NCBI GenBank assembly: GCA_963806225.1
Contig: CAWDXG010000004.1
Span: forward strand, 5,472,001 to 5,536,000
Reading direction: 5' to 3'
Length of the DNA: 64,000 bases
DNA from: an uncultured delta proteobacterium
GTDB taxonomy: Bacteria > Myxococcota_A > Polyangia > Polyangiales > Polyangiaceae
Both the position numbers and the translations under genes were made by a program. Of the stretch, positions 9,108-19,130 are shown piece by piece. A model generated the notes under the pieces. It had not been told where the DNA came from and ran no database searches. It worked only from the letters and a program-made list of their open reading frames with translations. The first letter of the stretch is position 1; the number at the start of each line of letters is the position of its first letter.

Positions 9108-10415
9108 ATGTTTCTGCGAACGGCGATCGCGATAGGGGGAACGATTTCGATGCTGGTGTCCGGATGCGGCGGCGGCGGCAGCTCCGCCGCGACGGGCGGC
9201 GCGGGAGGAGAGGGAGGTTCGGCCGGAACAGGCGGAACGGGTGGCGCGGCCGGAGCAGGCGGCGTGGCTGGAATGGGCGGCTCGGCGGGGACGGGCGGTT
9301 CCGCGGGAACGGGCGGTTCCGGTGGCTGCCCGGCCCTTCCCGCTTCGGTCGATCAGGATCTAGGCGTGGGTCCCGGCTGCGTGTCCATGAACAGGACACG
9401 TGTGGAAAATGGCGCCACCCTGACGCTCGCGCCGGGGACCGAGGTGCGCGTGGCGTCCGACGGCTACCTGCTCGTCCACGACAACGGAACGCTGGAAGCG
9501 ACCGGCACCGTCGCGAAGCCTATCGTGTTCACGTCGGCTTCACAGAGCCCGGCGCCGGGGGACTGGCAGTGCATCCGCTTCGACAACGGCAGCTCGGGCT
9601 CGCAGATCCGTCATGCCACGCTCGAATACGGCGGGCAGGCTTGCGACGCGAACGGTTCGAAGAAGGAGGCCATCGTCGTGATCGGTTCCGGCATCAAGCA
9701 ACTTGCGGACACGATGATCTCCCACAGCTCCACGCACGGCATCGAGATCGAACACAACGCCAACCCGCGCGGGCTCGAGAACCTCGCGTTCTCCGACAAT
9801 GGCAAACCGTCGATCCTCACCAGCATGTCGGAGGTGCTGACGCTCGGCCAGGGCTACACCTTCCAGGACGCTGCCGACCGGATCGAGGTCGACACGACCT
9901 TCGCCCTCCAGAGAACCGGGCACTGGCTGTCCCAGCCGGTCGCGTTCCGCATGGTGGGCGGCCCAGATCTCGGCGGAAAGGCGGAAGTCACGATGGATGC
10001 CGGCCTTCGCCTGGAGATGACCGGCAAGACGTTCACCGTCTTCAACTCGAATCTGGTGATCGAAGGCACGGCCACGGATCCGGTGGTGTTCACCAGCGGT
10101 GCGAGCAATCCTGCCGCCGGCGACTGGGGCTGCATGTCGTTCGAGAACACGACGGGTACGCCCAACATCGACCATGCCGTGTTCGAGTACGCGGGATCCG
10201 GCGACGGCTGCACCGGCGCCAACTACCACACCGCCTTGAGCGTCCCCGCCTCGGCGAACATCACCAACACCACGTTCAACGAGATCGCGGGCTACGCCAT
10301 CAGGAGCTCGGCCGCCTGCTCGTCGAAGAAGTCCCAGTGGTGCAGCAACACCTTCCGCGCGGTTACCGACGCCGAGGTGAGCTGCAATCTGGATCAAGAT
10401 CTGGGCTGTCCGTAG
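9108..10415 (+). CDS. Lipoprotein with right-handed parallel beta-helix repeats
   Basis: Purine-rich RBS before ATG 9108; lipobox VSGC; Gly/Thr linker; internally duplicated module (GTxxxPIVFTS..PAPGDWxC..F..I.HA..EY.G). Confidence 0.65.
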   Translation: MFLRTAIAIGGTISMLVSGCGGGGSSAATGGAGGEGGSAGTGGTGGAAGAGGVAGMGGSAGTGGSAGTGGSGGCPALPASVDQDLGVGPGCVSMNRTRVENGATLTLAPGTEVRVASDGYLLVHDNGTLEATGTVAKPIVFTSASQSPAPGDWQCIRFDNGSSGSQIRHATLEYGGQACDANGSKKEAIVVIGSGIKQLADTMISHSSTHGIEIEHNANPRGLENLAFSDNGKPSILTSMSEVLTLGQGYTFQDAADRIEVDTTFALQRTGHWLSQPVAFRMVGGPDLGGKAEVTMDAGLRLEMTGKTFTVFNSNLVIEGTATDPVVFTSGASNPAAGDWGCMSFENTTGTPNIDHAVFEYAGSGDGCTGANYHTALSVPASANITNTTFNEIAGYAIRSSAACSSKKSQWCSNTFRAVTDAEVSCNLDQDLGCP

Positions 10416-10517
10416 CAGCGACGGCTGCTCGGCGGCGCGGCGCCATCAGCGCTGCTTGCGATTGCGGGCACGATGCGGTTTCATGTGTAACTGCTGGTGT
10501 GTTGCCGGGAGGACAAG

Positions 10518-11666
10518 ATGCGACAATGGTCGAACTGGGCCTTTCTGCTCCTTGTTGTCTGGGGCTGCAGCTCGACGGGATCGGCAAACGGCTCGACACC
10601 GGACAGCGGTGCGGCGGGCTCCGATGCATCCGCGGCCGGGAGCGGCGCCAGCGCAGGCACTGCGGGCGCGGACGGGAGCGCGGCGACAGGCGGTAGTGCG
10701 GGTACGGGCGGCACTGCGGGCATGGGCGGCGCCGCGGGCACTTCCGGGTCCGGAGGCAGCGCCGGATTGGACGGCGGCGCCGGTATGTCAGGCAGCGGTG
10801 GCGCCGGTGACGCCGGCGTGCCCGATCCGCCGGCGTGTCCCGCGACGACGTTCCTCGACGAGGACAAGATCGCCGTCGCAACCGTGCTCCTCGATTCGTG
10901 CATCTCGGACGACGGCTTCTGGCGCACGCAGAACGAGCTCCGCGGCACCCTGGAGGAGCCCTGGTATCCCAGCACGCCGACGTTGGTGAATTGCCTGGCC
11001 AATGTGACCAACGGGTGCGCGGGCGTCTCCGCGTGCTTCGGCTATTCGGCGTACACGAACGAGACGTGCGACACGTGCAACGGCAACGTGGCTGTGTACT
11101 GTGGGACCGACGGTCCGTTCCTGTGGGACTGCGACAAGCTGGGCTTGACCTGCAGTGCGGGTTGGTGCCTGCCGCCGGGTGGGCAAGGGTGCTCCGGCCA
11201 GACATTCACCGAACAATGCAGCTCGCAGGGGCAACCGTTGCATTGCGAAGGGAAGCGCGTGCACGTTGGGCCGACCTGCGCCGACTACGGCCTCGCGTGC
11301 AACGACGCGGCCGTGCCCCGATGCACGGGGGTGGGCCCCCTGTGCTCCGGGCCGTCGAACCCATATTTCGACATCCAATACGTCGGCCAGAGCTGTCAGG
11401 GCGACGTGATGGACGCCTGCGTCGGGGCAGCCGTCGGGCGCCAGGCGAAGCTGGATTGCAGCTGCTTCGGTCCTGGCTTCTCGTGCCAGTCCGCGGAGGG
11501 CGCGACCTTCTGCGGCGCCGCGAGCGAGTGCGATCCCGAGACGCACGCCAAGAGCTGCAACGGAACCAGCGTCGTCTTCTGCGACGCCGGCAAGCTTCGC
11601 AGCGTCGACTGCATGGCGCTCGGCTTCACGAGCTGCAACCCGGACGCGGGCTTCGGCTGCCAGTAG
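10518..11666 (+). CDS. Cysteine-rich lipoprotein of unknown function
   Basis: GGAGG RBS; lipobox VWGC; AGTGG/DGG linker; repeated C-x-G-N/D-x-x-x-x-C...DCxxxGxxC modules. Confidence 0.65.
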   Translation: MRQWSNWAFLLLVVWGCSSTGSANGSTPDSGAAGSDASAAGSGASAGTAGADGSAATGGSAGTGGTAGMGGAAGTSGSGGSAGLDGGAGMSGSGGAGDAGVPDPPACPATTFLDEDKIAVATVLLDSCISDDGFWRTQNELRGTLEEPWYPSTPTLVNCLANVTNGCAGVSACFGYSAYTNETCDTCNGNVAVYCGTDGPFLWDCDKLGLTCSAGWCLPPGGQGCSGQTFTEQCSSQGQPLHCEGKRVHVGPTCADYGLACNDAAVPRCTGVGPLCSGPSNPYFDIQYVGQSCQGDVMDACVGAAVGRQAKLDCSCFGPGFSCQSAEGATFCGAASECDPETHAKSCNGTSVVFCDAGKLRSVDCMALGFTSCNPDAGFGCQ

Positions 11667-13986
11667 CTATTCGGCCGCGGAGCGCCCGCTCTTCGCCTTG
11701 GCTCCGCGCACGCGCTCGATCGCGAAGTACGCGGCTTCGGGCGTCGCGGGACAGCCGAGCTCCACCGTCTGCGCCTTGCCGAAAGCGCTGACGGCCTGGC
11801 GCACCGCTTCGCGCGCGGAGATCGCGAGCATGAAGGGCGGCTCGCCGACGGCCTTGCTGCCGTGGATGACGCCGGACTCGGCGGCTCGCTCCATGAAGTG
11901 CACGTTGAACTCCGGCGGACACTCACCCAGGCTCGGCAGCTTGTAGGTCGAAGCGCCGCTGCGTGGCGAAGCGCCCGCTGTCGTCCCACACCAGCTCCTC
12001 CATCAAGAGCCAGCCCAGCCCCTGGATGAAGCCGCCCTCGACCTGTCCGCGGTCGACCAGCGGCGACATCGAGTCGCCCACGTCGTGCAGGATGTCGACG
12101 CGGCGCACGCGGTGCTGCCCGGTGAAGCCGTCGACCTCGACCTCGGTGACCGCCGCGCCGTACGCGAAGTAGTGGAACGGCTTGCCCTGGCCCGCCTTCT
12201 CGTCGAAGTGGATGTCCGGAGTGCGGTAGTAGCCGGTCGCCGAGAGCGGCACGCGCTCGAGATAGGCCTGCTTCACGACGTCGGCGAAGGGGCGCGCCTT
12301 GTCGCTGTCGCCGAGCGGGTAGACCTTGCCGTCTTCGAACACAACGTCGTCCGGGTTCACGCCGAAGATCTGCGCTGCCACCTCCGCGAGCCGCGCCTTG
12401 AGCGTATCGCAGGCGTCTCGCACTGCGGCGCCGTTCAGGTCCGAGCCGCTCGACGCCGCGGTGGCCGAAGTGTTCGGCACCTTGTCGGTGCGGGTCGGCA
12501 TCAGCCGTACGCTTTCTGGGGGCAAGCCCAGCGCGTCGGCCGCGATCTGCAGCATCTTGGTGTGCAGGCCCTGGCCCATCTCGGTGCCGCCGTGGTTCAG
12601 CTGCACGCTGCCGTCCTGGTAGATGAGCACCAGCGCGCCCGCCTGGTTGAAGAACGCGGTCGTGAACGAGATGCCGAACTTGACCGGCGTGATGGCGAGC
12701 CCGCGTTTTTCGTGCGGGTGGCTCGCGTTGAACGCTTCCGCCTCGGCCCAGCGCGCCTCGAAGTCGCTCGACTTCCGGAGCTCCGACCACACGCGTGCGA
12801 CGCGCCCCGCGTCCTTGACGACCTGGCCGTAGTGCGTGCGGTCGCCCTCGGAGTAGAAGTTCCGCTCGCGCACCACGTGCGGCGGCAGACCGAGCTCGCG
12901 CGCGACGCGGTCGATGATCTCCTCGATCACGAGCATGCCCTGCGGGCCGCCGAAGCCGCGGAATGCCGTGCTCGACGCCTTGTGCGTGAGACACACGCGC
13001 CCCGTCACCTCCATGTCCGGCACCAGGTAGCTGTTATCCGAGTGGAACATGCCGCGCCACAGGACGGGCGAGGACAGGTCGAGGCTCCAGCCGCCGTCGC
13101 TGAACAGGGCGATGCGCGCGCCGACGAGCTTGCCCGAGTCGTCGAAGCCCGCCTCGAACCGCCCGAGGAACGGGTGCCGCTTGCCGGTCATCACCATGTC
13201 GAGCTGGCGGGAAAGGCGCACGCGCACTGGCCTGCCCGTGTGCGCGAGACCGAGCGCCGCCACCGCCGCATAGGGATTGGCCTGCGATTCCTTGCCGCCG
13301 AAGGCGCCGCCCATGCGCAGCGACTGCACGGTGACACGGTGCTTCTGGGTGCCCAGCACGCGCGCGACCACGTCCTGCGTCTCGCTCGGGTGCTGCGTGG
13401 ACGACTGCACGACGATCTGCTCGGCCTCGTCGCTGTAGGCGAGAGCGGCCTGCGTCTCGAGGTAGAAGTGCTCCTGCCCGCCGATGTGAAGCTCGCCCGA
13501 GAGGCGATGGGGCGCGCGCGCCATGACTTCGCCCGGCTTGCCGCGCAGAATCCGGAACTCTTCGGTGTGGAAGCTCTCCTTCGCGATCGCGGACTCGATG
13601 TCGAGGATGGTCGGCAGCTCCTCGTACTCGACTTTCACGGCGAAGGAGCCGAGGCGCGCCGCTTCCTCGGTCTCGCCGAGCACCCACACGACGGGCTGAC
13701 CATGGAACATGATCTCCGACGAAAACAGCGGCTCGTCGTGCCGCGCCGCGCCGGTGTCGTTTTCGCCCGGTACATCTGCTGCGCCGAGCACGCGCACCAC
13801 TCCGGGCAGCTTCTCCGCCGCGCTGCTGTCGACCGACACGACGCGGGCGTGCGCATGCGGCGCCTGTACCGGCCACGCGTGCAGGAGCCCCGGAAAGCGG
13901 GTCACCAGGTCGTCGGTGTACAGCGCACTGCCGGTGACGTGGCCGCGCGCGCTCTCGTGTGGGATCGCCTTGCCTACTTCGGTCAT
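11667..13986 (-). CDS. xdhB: Xanthine dehydrogenase molybdopterin-binding subunit (apparent +1 frameshift near 11960)
   Basis: PHESARGHVTG, GQEHFYLE, MGGAFGGKESQ, AFRGFGGPQG, HGGTEMGQGLHTK, SATAASSGSDLNG. The catalytic C-terminus (TYKLPS...SKAVGEPP) continues in a shifted frame down to 11667. Confidence 0.92.
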
Positions 13987-15384
13987 CCCTTGCCCCGTTG
14001 TGCTTCGATGTCCGCGTACAGTTTGTGCAGCAGTGATCCGACCATGGCAAGGCGGTAGTCCGCGGCTGCCGCGGTGGTCGCTGATGGGTGAAAGCTCGGC
14101 GTGTGCGGCCTCGGCCGCCCGCGCCACCGTTGCTTCGTCCCAGCGCGCGCCTTCGAGCACGCGCTCCGCCGCGACCGCGCGGATCGGTGTAGCCGCGACG
14201 CCGCCGTAGCCGAGCCGCGCGCGCTTCACGTTGTCGCCGTCGAAGTCGATCGCGAAGGCGCCCGCGACGGTGGAGATGTCGTCCAGCTCGCGCTTGCTCA
14301 GCTTGTAGAAGCGCATGTGCATGGGCAATGGCAGCGGGATGCGTATCCGCGCGATCAGCTCGCCCGTGCCGAGCGCGGTTTTCCGGTAGCCCGTGAAGAA
14401 CTCCGCGAGCGGCACGCTGCGCTCGCCGCCCGCGCCCGCTATCACGACCTCCGCGTCGAGTGCGAGCAGCGCTGGAGCTCCATCGCCGATGGGCGACGCC
14501 GTGGCCAGGTTGCCACCGAAAGTGGCGCGATTGCGGATCAGCCGCGACGAGAATAGCGGCAGGAGCTGCTCCAGCATCGGGAGCTTCCCGGCGACACGAT
14601 CTTCGACTTCTGCGAGCGGCACGCCCGCGCCAATATCCAGAGCGTCGTCGCGCCACTCGAAGCGATGCAGCTCCTCGACGGCCTCGAGCGACACGATGGT
14701 GTCGAAGCGGCTGTGCTTCTGGTTCACGTCCACAACCACGTCGGTGCCGCCCGCGACGAGCTGGGCCTTCGGCTCCTTCGCCAAGAGGCCCAGCGTCTGG
14801 GTGAGCGTGGTCGGGCGGAAGAAGCGGCGGCCGTCGCTCGCGTACTCGACGCTCTTGAGCTCGGGCGGGTCTTTATGGAGGCGCTTCGCGAACGCGTCGT
14901 CCGCCGCGGGCTTCCCGAGCCCTGTCGCCGCGTCGCGGATCGGCCGGTAGCCGGTGCAGCGGCATAGGTTGCCGCCGATCGATTCTGCGTTGAAGCCCTC
15001 GCGCCCGGGCCGGTAGTACTCGGCGAACAGGCTGACCACGAAGCCGGGCGTGCAGTAGCCGCACTGCGAGCCGCCCTGCTCGACCATGGCCTGCTGCACC
15101 GGGTGGAGCTTGTCGCCCTCTGCGATGCCTTCCACCGTCACCACTTCCTGGTCGGCCACGGCCGGCAGCAGCACCAGACAGCTGTTGATGGGCTCGTAGC
15201 GCGTCGAGCCGTCGGCGTGCCGCCGCACGATCGCCACTGCGCAGGCGCCGCACTCGCCCTCGGCGCAGCCTTCCTTGGTGCCGGTCATGCCGCGTTCGCG
15301 GAGGAATGCCAGCAGGGTCGTGTTCGGGTCGACGCCCTCGGCGGAGATGCGCTCGCCGTTCAGCGTGAACGAGATCGGTGCCAT
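13983..15384 (-). CDS. xdhA: Xanthine dehydrogenase small subunit (2Fe-2S + FAD) (apparent +1 frameshift near 14065)
   Basis: GTKEGCAEGECGAC, SQCGYCTPGF, GNLCRCTGYRPI, AGGTD, ASPIGD. The expected end SDHRGS-ADYRLAMVGSLL...RGKG* lies in the +1 frame, and its TGA overlaps the xdhB ATG. Confidence 0.92.
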
Positions 15385-15740
15385 GAGCCCGACGAGCCTA
15401 CCGCGCATCGCGCCGCCCGACGACCCGCCGGACCCCGGCGGAGCCGGAAACGCCCGGCAATCATCGCGGAACGCTGATGGACGCTGGAACGCGCCTGTTC
15501 CGCAAGTTCGGCTCCGTCGCGAAGACTTCGCCGCTCCGCTCGGGGCGTCGTGTTTGAACCTGGCCTACCGTGCTGGCGGACGACCGGGCCTGGCGCCCGC
15601 CGGCGACCGCGGCGCTCGCCGCTCTGCGGTCGTGTGATTCCATGCACTTGGAGCGGGCGTGCAGCTTGCGGCGGGGATGCGGTGGGGATGCGGCGGCGCG
15701 AGCTTCGCGTCGGCCCGTACGCGAGCGGATGCGCGTCGCC

Positions 15741-16169
15741 CTATTCGGCTGCCCGGCGCGCTGCCTGGCGCACGGCCGCGCCCACCGCGCCTTCGAACGC
15801 CGTATAGTCCGAGTACGTCTTCAGCAGACCGCCGGTCATCATGTTGACGATGGCGATCGCCATGGCGACGAACTTCGAGCCGATGTACACGTTGGCGGAC
15901 CGCGTGTTCGGTTTCAGCGCTTCGTGCCACGCCGTCATGCGTTCACGGAAAGCGGGGTGGTACCCGTTCATTTCCCGTGTGTCGAAGAACAGGTCGAGTT
16001 GCATGCGGCGTTCGACACTCGGCGCGACGGCGCGTTCGAATTGCGGCACCAGGTCAGCGTGCATCCTTCCTTTCAGTCGGAAGACGAAGACTCCGGGCGC
16101 CGGCACGTCGAACTCGACACGGCCATTTCCTGCCTCGGGGTTCTGAGCCCCACTCCCGTGCCCCTCCAT
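15741..16169 (-). CDS. Small STAS/SEC14-like (SpoIIAA-like) hypothetical protein
   Basis: 142 aa alpha/beta pattern (VFVFRLKGRM...LFFDTREMNGYHPAFRERMTAW...SKFVAMAI) resembling small myxobacterial STAS/SEC14-like proteins. Confidence 0.55.
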   Translation of the reverse strand: MEGHGSGAQNPEAGNGRVEFDVPAPGVFVFRLKGRMHADLVPQFERAVAPSVERRMQLDLFFDTREMNGYHPAFRERMTAWHEALKPNTRSANVYIGSKFVAMAIAIVNMMTGGLLKTYSDYTAFEGAVGAAVRQAARRAAE

Positions 16170-16225
16170 GGCTCGTTAGTATCACCGGGAAGTGCGCCGC
16201 GTGACAATAGTTACTTGGCGCATCA

Positions 16226-16249
16226 TCCATCACCCCTAGGGATGATGGA
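16226..16249. promoter_or_regulatory. 24-bp near-perfect palindrome, candidate regulator binding site
   Basis: TCCATCACCCCTAGGGATGATGGA: 11 of 12 pairs complementary; lies in the divergent intergenic region. Confidence 0.55.
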
Positions 16250-16440
16250 CAACTGCAAAATTCCTGGTTTCCCTGTTGGGAAGACGCGGTGCGCCATGTG
16301 AGGTCTGCAGAAACCCGTACGGCTCGTGGCGTCGCCGCCGACACCCCAGAAGACACCTGACAGCGGACTGCTCCGGCTCGTTCTGGCTCTGCCACACGCT
16401 CGAGCTCCCCGGCGGCTGACGCCGTCCGGTCGTCCTGCTC

Positions 16441-16466
16441 GATATCCAACATGCCTGATGGATATC
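16441..16466. promoter_or_regulatory. Inverted repeat, candidate sigma54 enhancer (UAS)
   Basis: GATATCCAACA-TGCC-TGATGGATATC: perfect 8-bp outer arms, 10 of 11 pairs overall. It contains the same TGATGGA half-site as 16226-16249 and lies ~60-80 bp upstream of the -24 element. Confidence 0.55.
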
Positions 16467-16521
16467 AGACAGCTCGCGCCCGCCGATGGCTGCGGATCCC
16501 GCGCGATCTGGCGGCTGTCCG

Positions 16522-16538
16522 CTGGCACGCATCTCGCT
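16522..16538 (+). promoter_or_regulatory. Sigma54 (-24/-12) promoter
   Basis: CTGGCACGCATCTCGCT: GG at 16524-25, exactly 10 nt, then GC at 16536-37; ~65 nt upstream of ATG 16604, which has a GGAGG RBS. Confidence 0.7.
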
Positions 16539-16603
16539 AGGTGGATCCGCCGCGACGTTGCTTCCAGGAGTGGCCTGGAGGCGCGGCTCGGAGGACCACG
16601 CTC

Positions 16604-17617
16604 ATGAGCACCCGACTTCGTTTCATGTTGACCCGCCTGCGCCACGCGGCCGCCGGTGCGGCGTCCTTGCTTCTCGTTGCGGCAGTGAGTTCCGCCGACA
16701 CGGCACCGCCGCCCAGAGCCCTCTCCACAGGAAGCTACCAGAAAGGTACTCTGGAAATTCAGCTGAACCGCGGGGCGGCGCAACCGCTCGAGCTGACGGT
16801 GACGCCAACGCCCGACAACTGCAAAGGTCACATCGACCTGAAATTGAACTGGGACGAGCAAAAGAACAGCGTGACCGTCGAGATGCACGGCAAGGACGTT
16901 CTGGAACCCTATCCCACGGTACACAGGACGGAGGGGGTCGACTACTTCCCGAACAAGTTCTTCAAGCAGACCAAGGACGTGGTGGGCGGTCGCTATCAGC
17001 TGTGGCTTGTTACCAACGGGCGTCTGCTCAACTTCTACTACGACCCCACCACGCTCGATCTGCTTGGCAGCGAGCTCGATTTCCCGACGCCTCCACCGAA
17101 TGCGATACCGATTTCGTTCCCCACGCTGCGGCTGTTCCCGACGCCGTTCTTCGAGCCGAAGGCAAACGGCGATCTCGACTTCAAATGGACGTTCGCCTAC
17201 GACCATGCGGTCCGCGGCGATCGTCCCGACCTGACGGAGATGTACGTGACATTTCCGCCGCCGAATCTCTGCGGCGTGAACCCGTACCGCATCGATCTCT
17301 CGACGCTCAGACCCTATGTCTCGAAGCCGCTTCCGGCCAAGGACGCACCGAGCTTCAGCGAGTACCTGCGCGGCGGGATGCTGTTCGACATCACCACCGA
17401 GCCGCCGCAGTACTTCATGGAACCCCCGACGGCGACGCTGATCGCCACCTACAGCCAGGCGACCGCAGTGGGCGGCGGCGTCCCGCGCGGCTGGACGTTC
17501 GACATCGATGCCTCGTTCGGGAACGTCAATCCGCCCATCCGACCGTGGCCGGGAGCGGGTAGCTGCACCCAATACACCGATCCCGTCCACACCAAGGGCC
17601 TGAACTTCTGCCAGTGA
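16604..17617 (+). CDS. Secreted hypothetical protein (337 aa), partner of the diheme enzyme
   Basis: GGAGG RBS; signal peptide ending VSSA-D; Pro/aromatic-rich, 4 Cys, 5 Trp; no recognised domain; 10 nt gap (with GAGGAG) to the next gene. Confidence 0.75.
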   Translation: MSTRLRFMLTRLRHAAAGAASLLLVAAVSSADTAPPPRALSTGSYQKGTLEIQLNRGAAQPLELTVTPTPDNCKGHIDLKLNWDEQKNSVTVEMHGKDVLEPYPTVHRTEGVDYFPNKFFKQTKDVVGGRYQLWLVTNGRLLNFYYDPTTLDLLGSELDFPTPPPNAIPISFPTLRLFPTPFFEPKANGDLDFKWTFAYDHAVRGDRPDLTEMYVTFPPPNLCGVNPYRIDLSTLRPYVSKPLPAKDAPSFSEYLRGGMLFDITTEPPQYFMEPPTATLIATYSQATAVGGGVPRGWTFDIDASFGNVNPPIRPWPGAGSCTQYTDPVHTKGLNFCQ

Positions 17618-17627
17618 GGAGACAGTC

Positions 17628-19022
17628 ATGAACACGAACGACACCTTGATCGTTTCGGCACTCCTCGCCTGCATGACGTTGGGCGCCGCGGCGGGTTGCG
17701 CGAGGGGCGCGAATGACAGCGAGGACATCGGCGCGGCCGCACAGCCCCAGAGAGGCCTCCGCCACCACAACGTCGACACCGGAAGCTACAATCTCCATCT
17801 CGAGCCCAGGCTGCGCTTCAAGCCACTGTCGCCCGGTGCCAACGCCGACAACGGGCGCGCGCTGTTTGGACTCTCGGCGACCGACGACAACACCGAGGAC
17901 AAGACGCACGCGCTGTTTTTCGGCTTCTCGGCGGTCGCGCAGAAGACGATCACTCCGAATTCGAGAACCTGCTTCAGCTGCCACCGCGGCGCAGCGAACA
18001 ACTTCGGTATGGGGTCGACGTTCCCGCTCTCGTCACGGATAGCCGGCAACGACGCGCTCTTCACCGGGCTCGAGGCCGACACGGCAGGCGACCCGGACGG
18101 CATGCACAACCTGGACCAATTCGGCTTGGTCCGCATCCGCCCGAACCGCTTCAACCCCCAGCGGCCGGAGAGCGATCCTTTCAGAAAGGTCCTCACGTGG
18201 CGGAAGACGCCCCAGCTCATCAACATCGCGTTCGCCCAGTCGTTCCTGGTAGACGGGCGCGGACGCGTGCTGTTCGAGGCAGACCGTGGCGCCATCTTCG
18301 CCCACACGCAGGGCGGCGACGATCGCTTCGACGACCTGTTTTCGCTGTCCCAGGAAGCCGACATGGAAGCGTTCCAATTTGGCCTGGTGAGCGACCCGCG
18401 CCTGCTTGCCCTGCGGGACCCCAACGACCCGCTCCACGACACGCTGGCTCATGACCCCTTCTACACCGTGCCCGTCCACACGCTGGCCCAGAAGCGCGGA
18501 CAAGAGGTCTTCAAGACCAGCTGCATGACCTGCCACAGCACGCCGAACGTCTTCAACAACCTGGACAACGTTGAAGCGCTCGGTCCGGACCAGGCGCTAC
18601 GGCCGGTCAACTACCCCGCGTTCGCTCCGAGCACGGGGCGCTCCTTCGACATCGGCGTCGCGGAGCAAAACGCCCACCACCTGCGTTTCACCTCCCCCGA
18701 CGGGAACGGCGGATTCGAGACCGTAGTCCTCCCCCTGGCCAGGGACGACGGCTCGACCGCGATGCTGCCGGTAACGTTCGACGTCGGACTGGCTGCGACG
18801 ACGGCGCGCTACGACGACGTCGGTCGGTTCAAGGTTCCGCAGCTGAGGGATGTGAAGGACAACGCGCCCTATTTCCACGACAACTCGGCGGCGACGCTCG
18901 ACGCCGTCATCAACTACTTCAATAGCGACCAGTACAACCAGTCGAAGGACGGCCGTCGCTACCCCATCCACCTGAGCGCGCAGCAGCGCTCCGACCTACG
19001 CGCTTTCCTCGAAGTCCTTTGA
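17628..19022 (+). CDS. Diheme cytochrome c peroxidase/MauG superfamily lipoprotein
   Basis: Lipobox AAGC; GRALF; CFSCH (17970-17984); RKTPQLINIAF..FLVDGR; RGQEVF..CMTCH (18522-18536); GRFKVPQLRDVKDNAPYFHDNS; LSAQQRSDLRAFLEVL. Confidence 0.85.
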   Translation: MNTNDTLIVSALLACMTLGAAAGCARGANDSEDIGAAAQPQRGLRHHNVDTGSYNLHLEPRLRFKPLSPGANADNGRALFGLSATDDNTEDKTHALFFGFSAVAQKTITPNSRTCFSCHRGAANNFGMGSTFPLSSRIAGNDALFTGLEADTAGDPDGMHNLDQFGLVRIRPNRFNPQRPESDPFRKVLTWRKTPQLINIAFAQSFLVDGRGRVLFEADRGAIFAHTQGGDDRFDDLFSLSQEADMEAFQFGLVSDPRLLALRDPNDPLHDTLAHDPFYTVPVHTLAQKRGQEVFKTSCMTCHSTPNVFNNLDNVEALGPDQALRPVNYPAFAPSTGRSFDIGVAEQNAHHLRFTSPDGNGGFETVVLPLARDDGSTAMLPVTFDVGLAATTARYDDVGRFKVPQLRDVKDNAPYFHDNSAATLDAVINYFNSDQYNQSKDGRRYPIHLSAQQRSDLRAFLEVL

Positions 19023-19031
19023 CCCGGGACG

Positions 19032-19073
19032 GCACGCGGCGCTCCGTCCCTGACGGAAGCGCCGCGTGCGTTT
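19032..19073 (+). terminator. Stem-loop, probable terminator after the diheme gene
   Basis: GCACGCGGCGCT/AGCGCCGCGTGC outer stem plus CCGTC/GACGG inner stem, followed by GTTT. Confidence 0.6.
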
Positions 19074-19130
19074 CGCGCTTGCGTTTCACAGCACGGTGCG
19101 CGACAAGGTACTCCGGACGAAGGGGAACCC

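Noticed and set aside
11923..15408. 1161 aa XdhA-XdhB fusion ORF
   Set aside because: The junction peptide is off-frame. The conserved XdhA end (ADYRLAMVGSLL) with a TGA/ATG overlap lies in the +1 frame, so one extra base explains the fusion.
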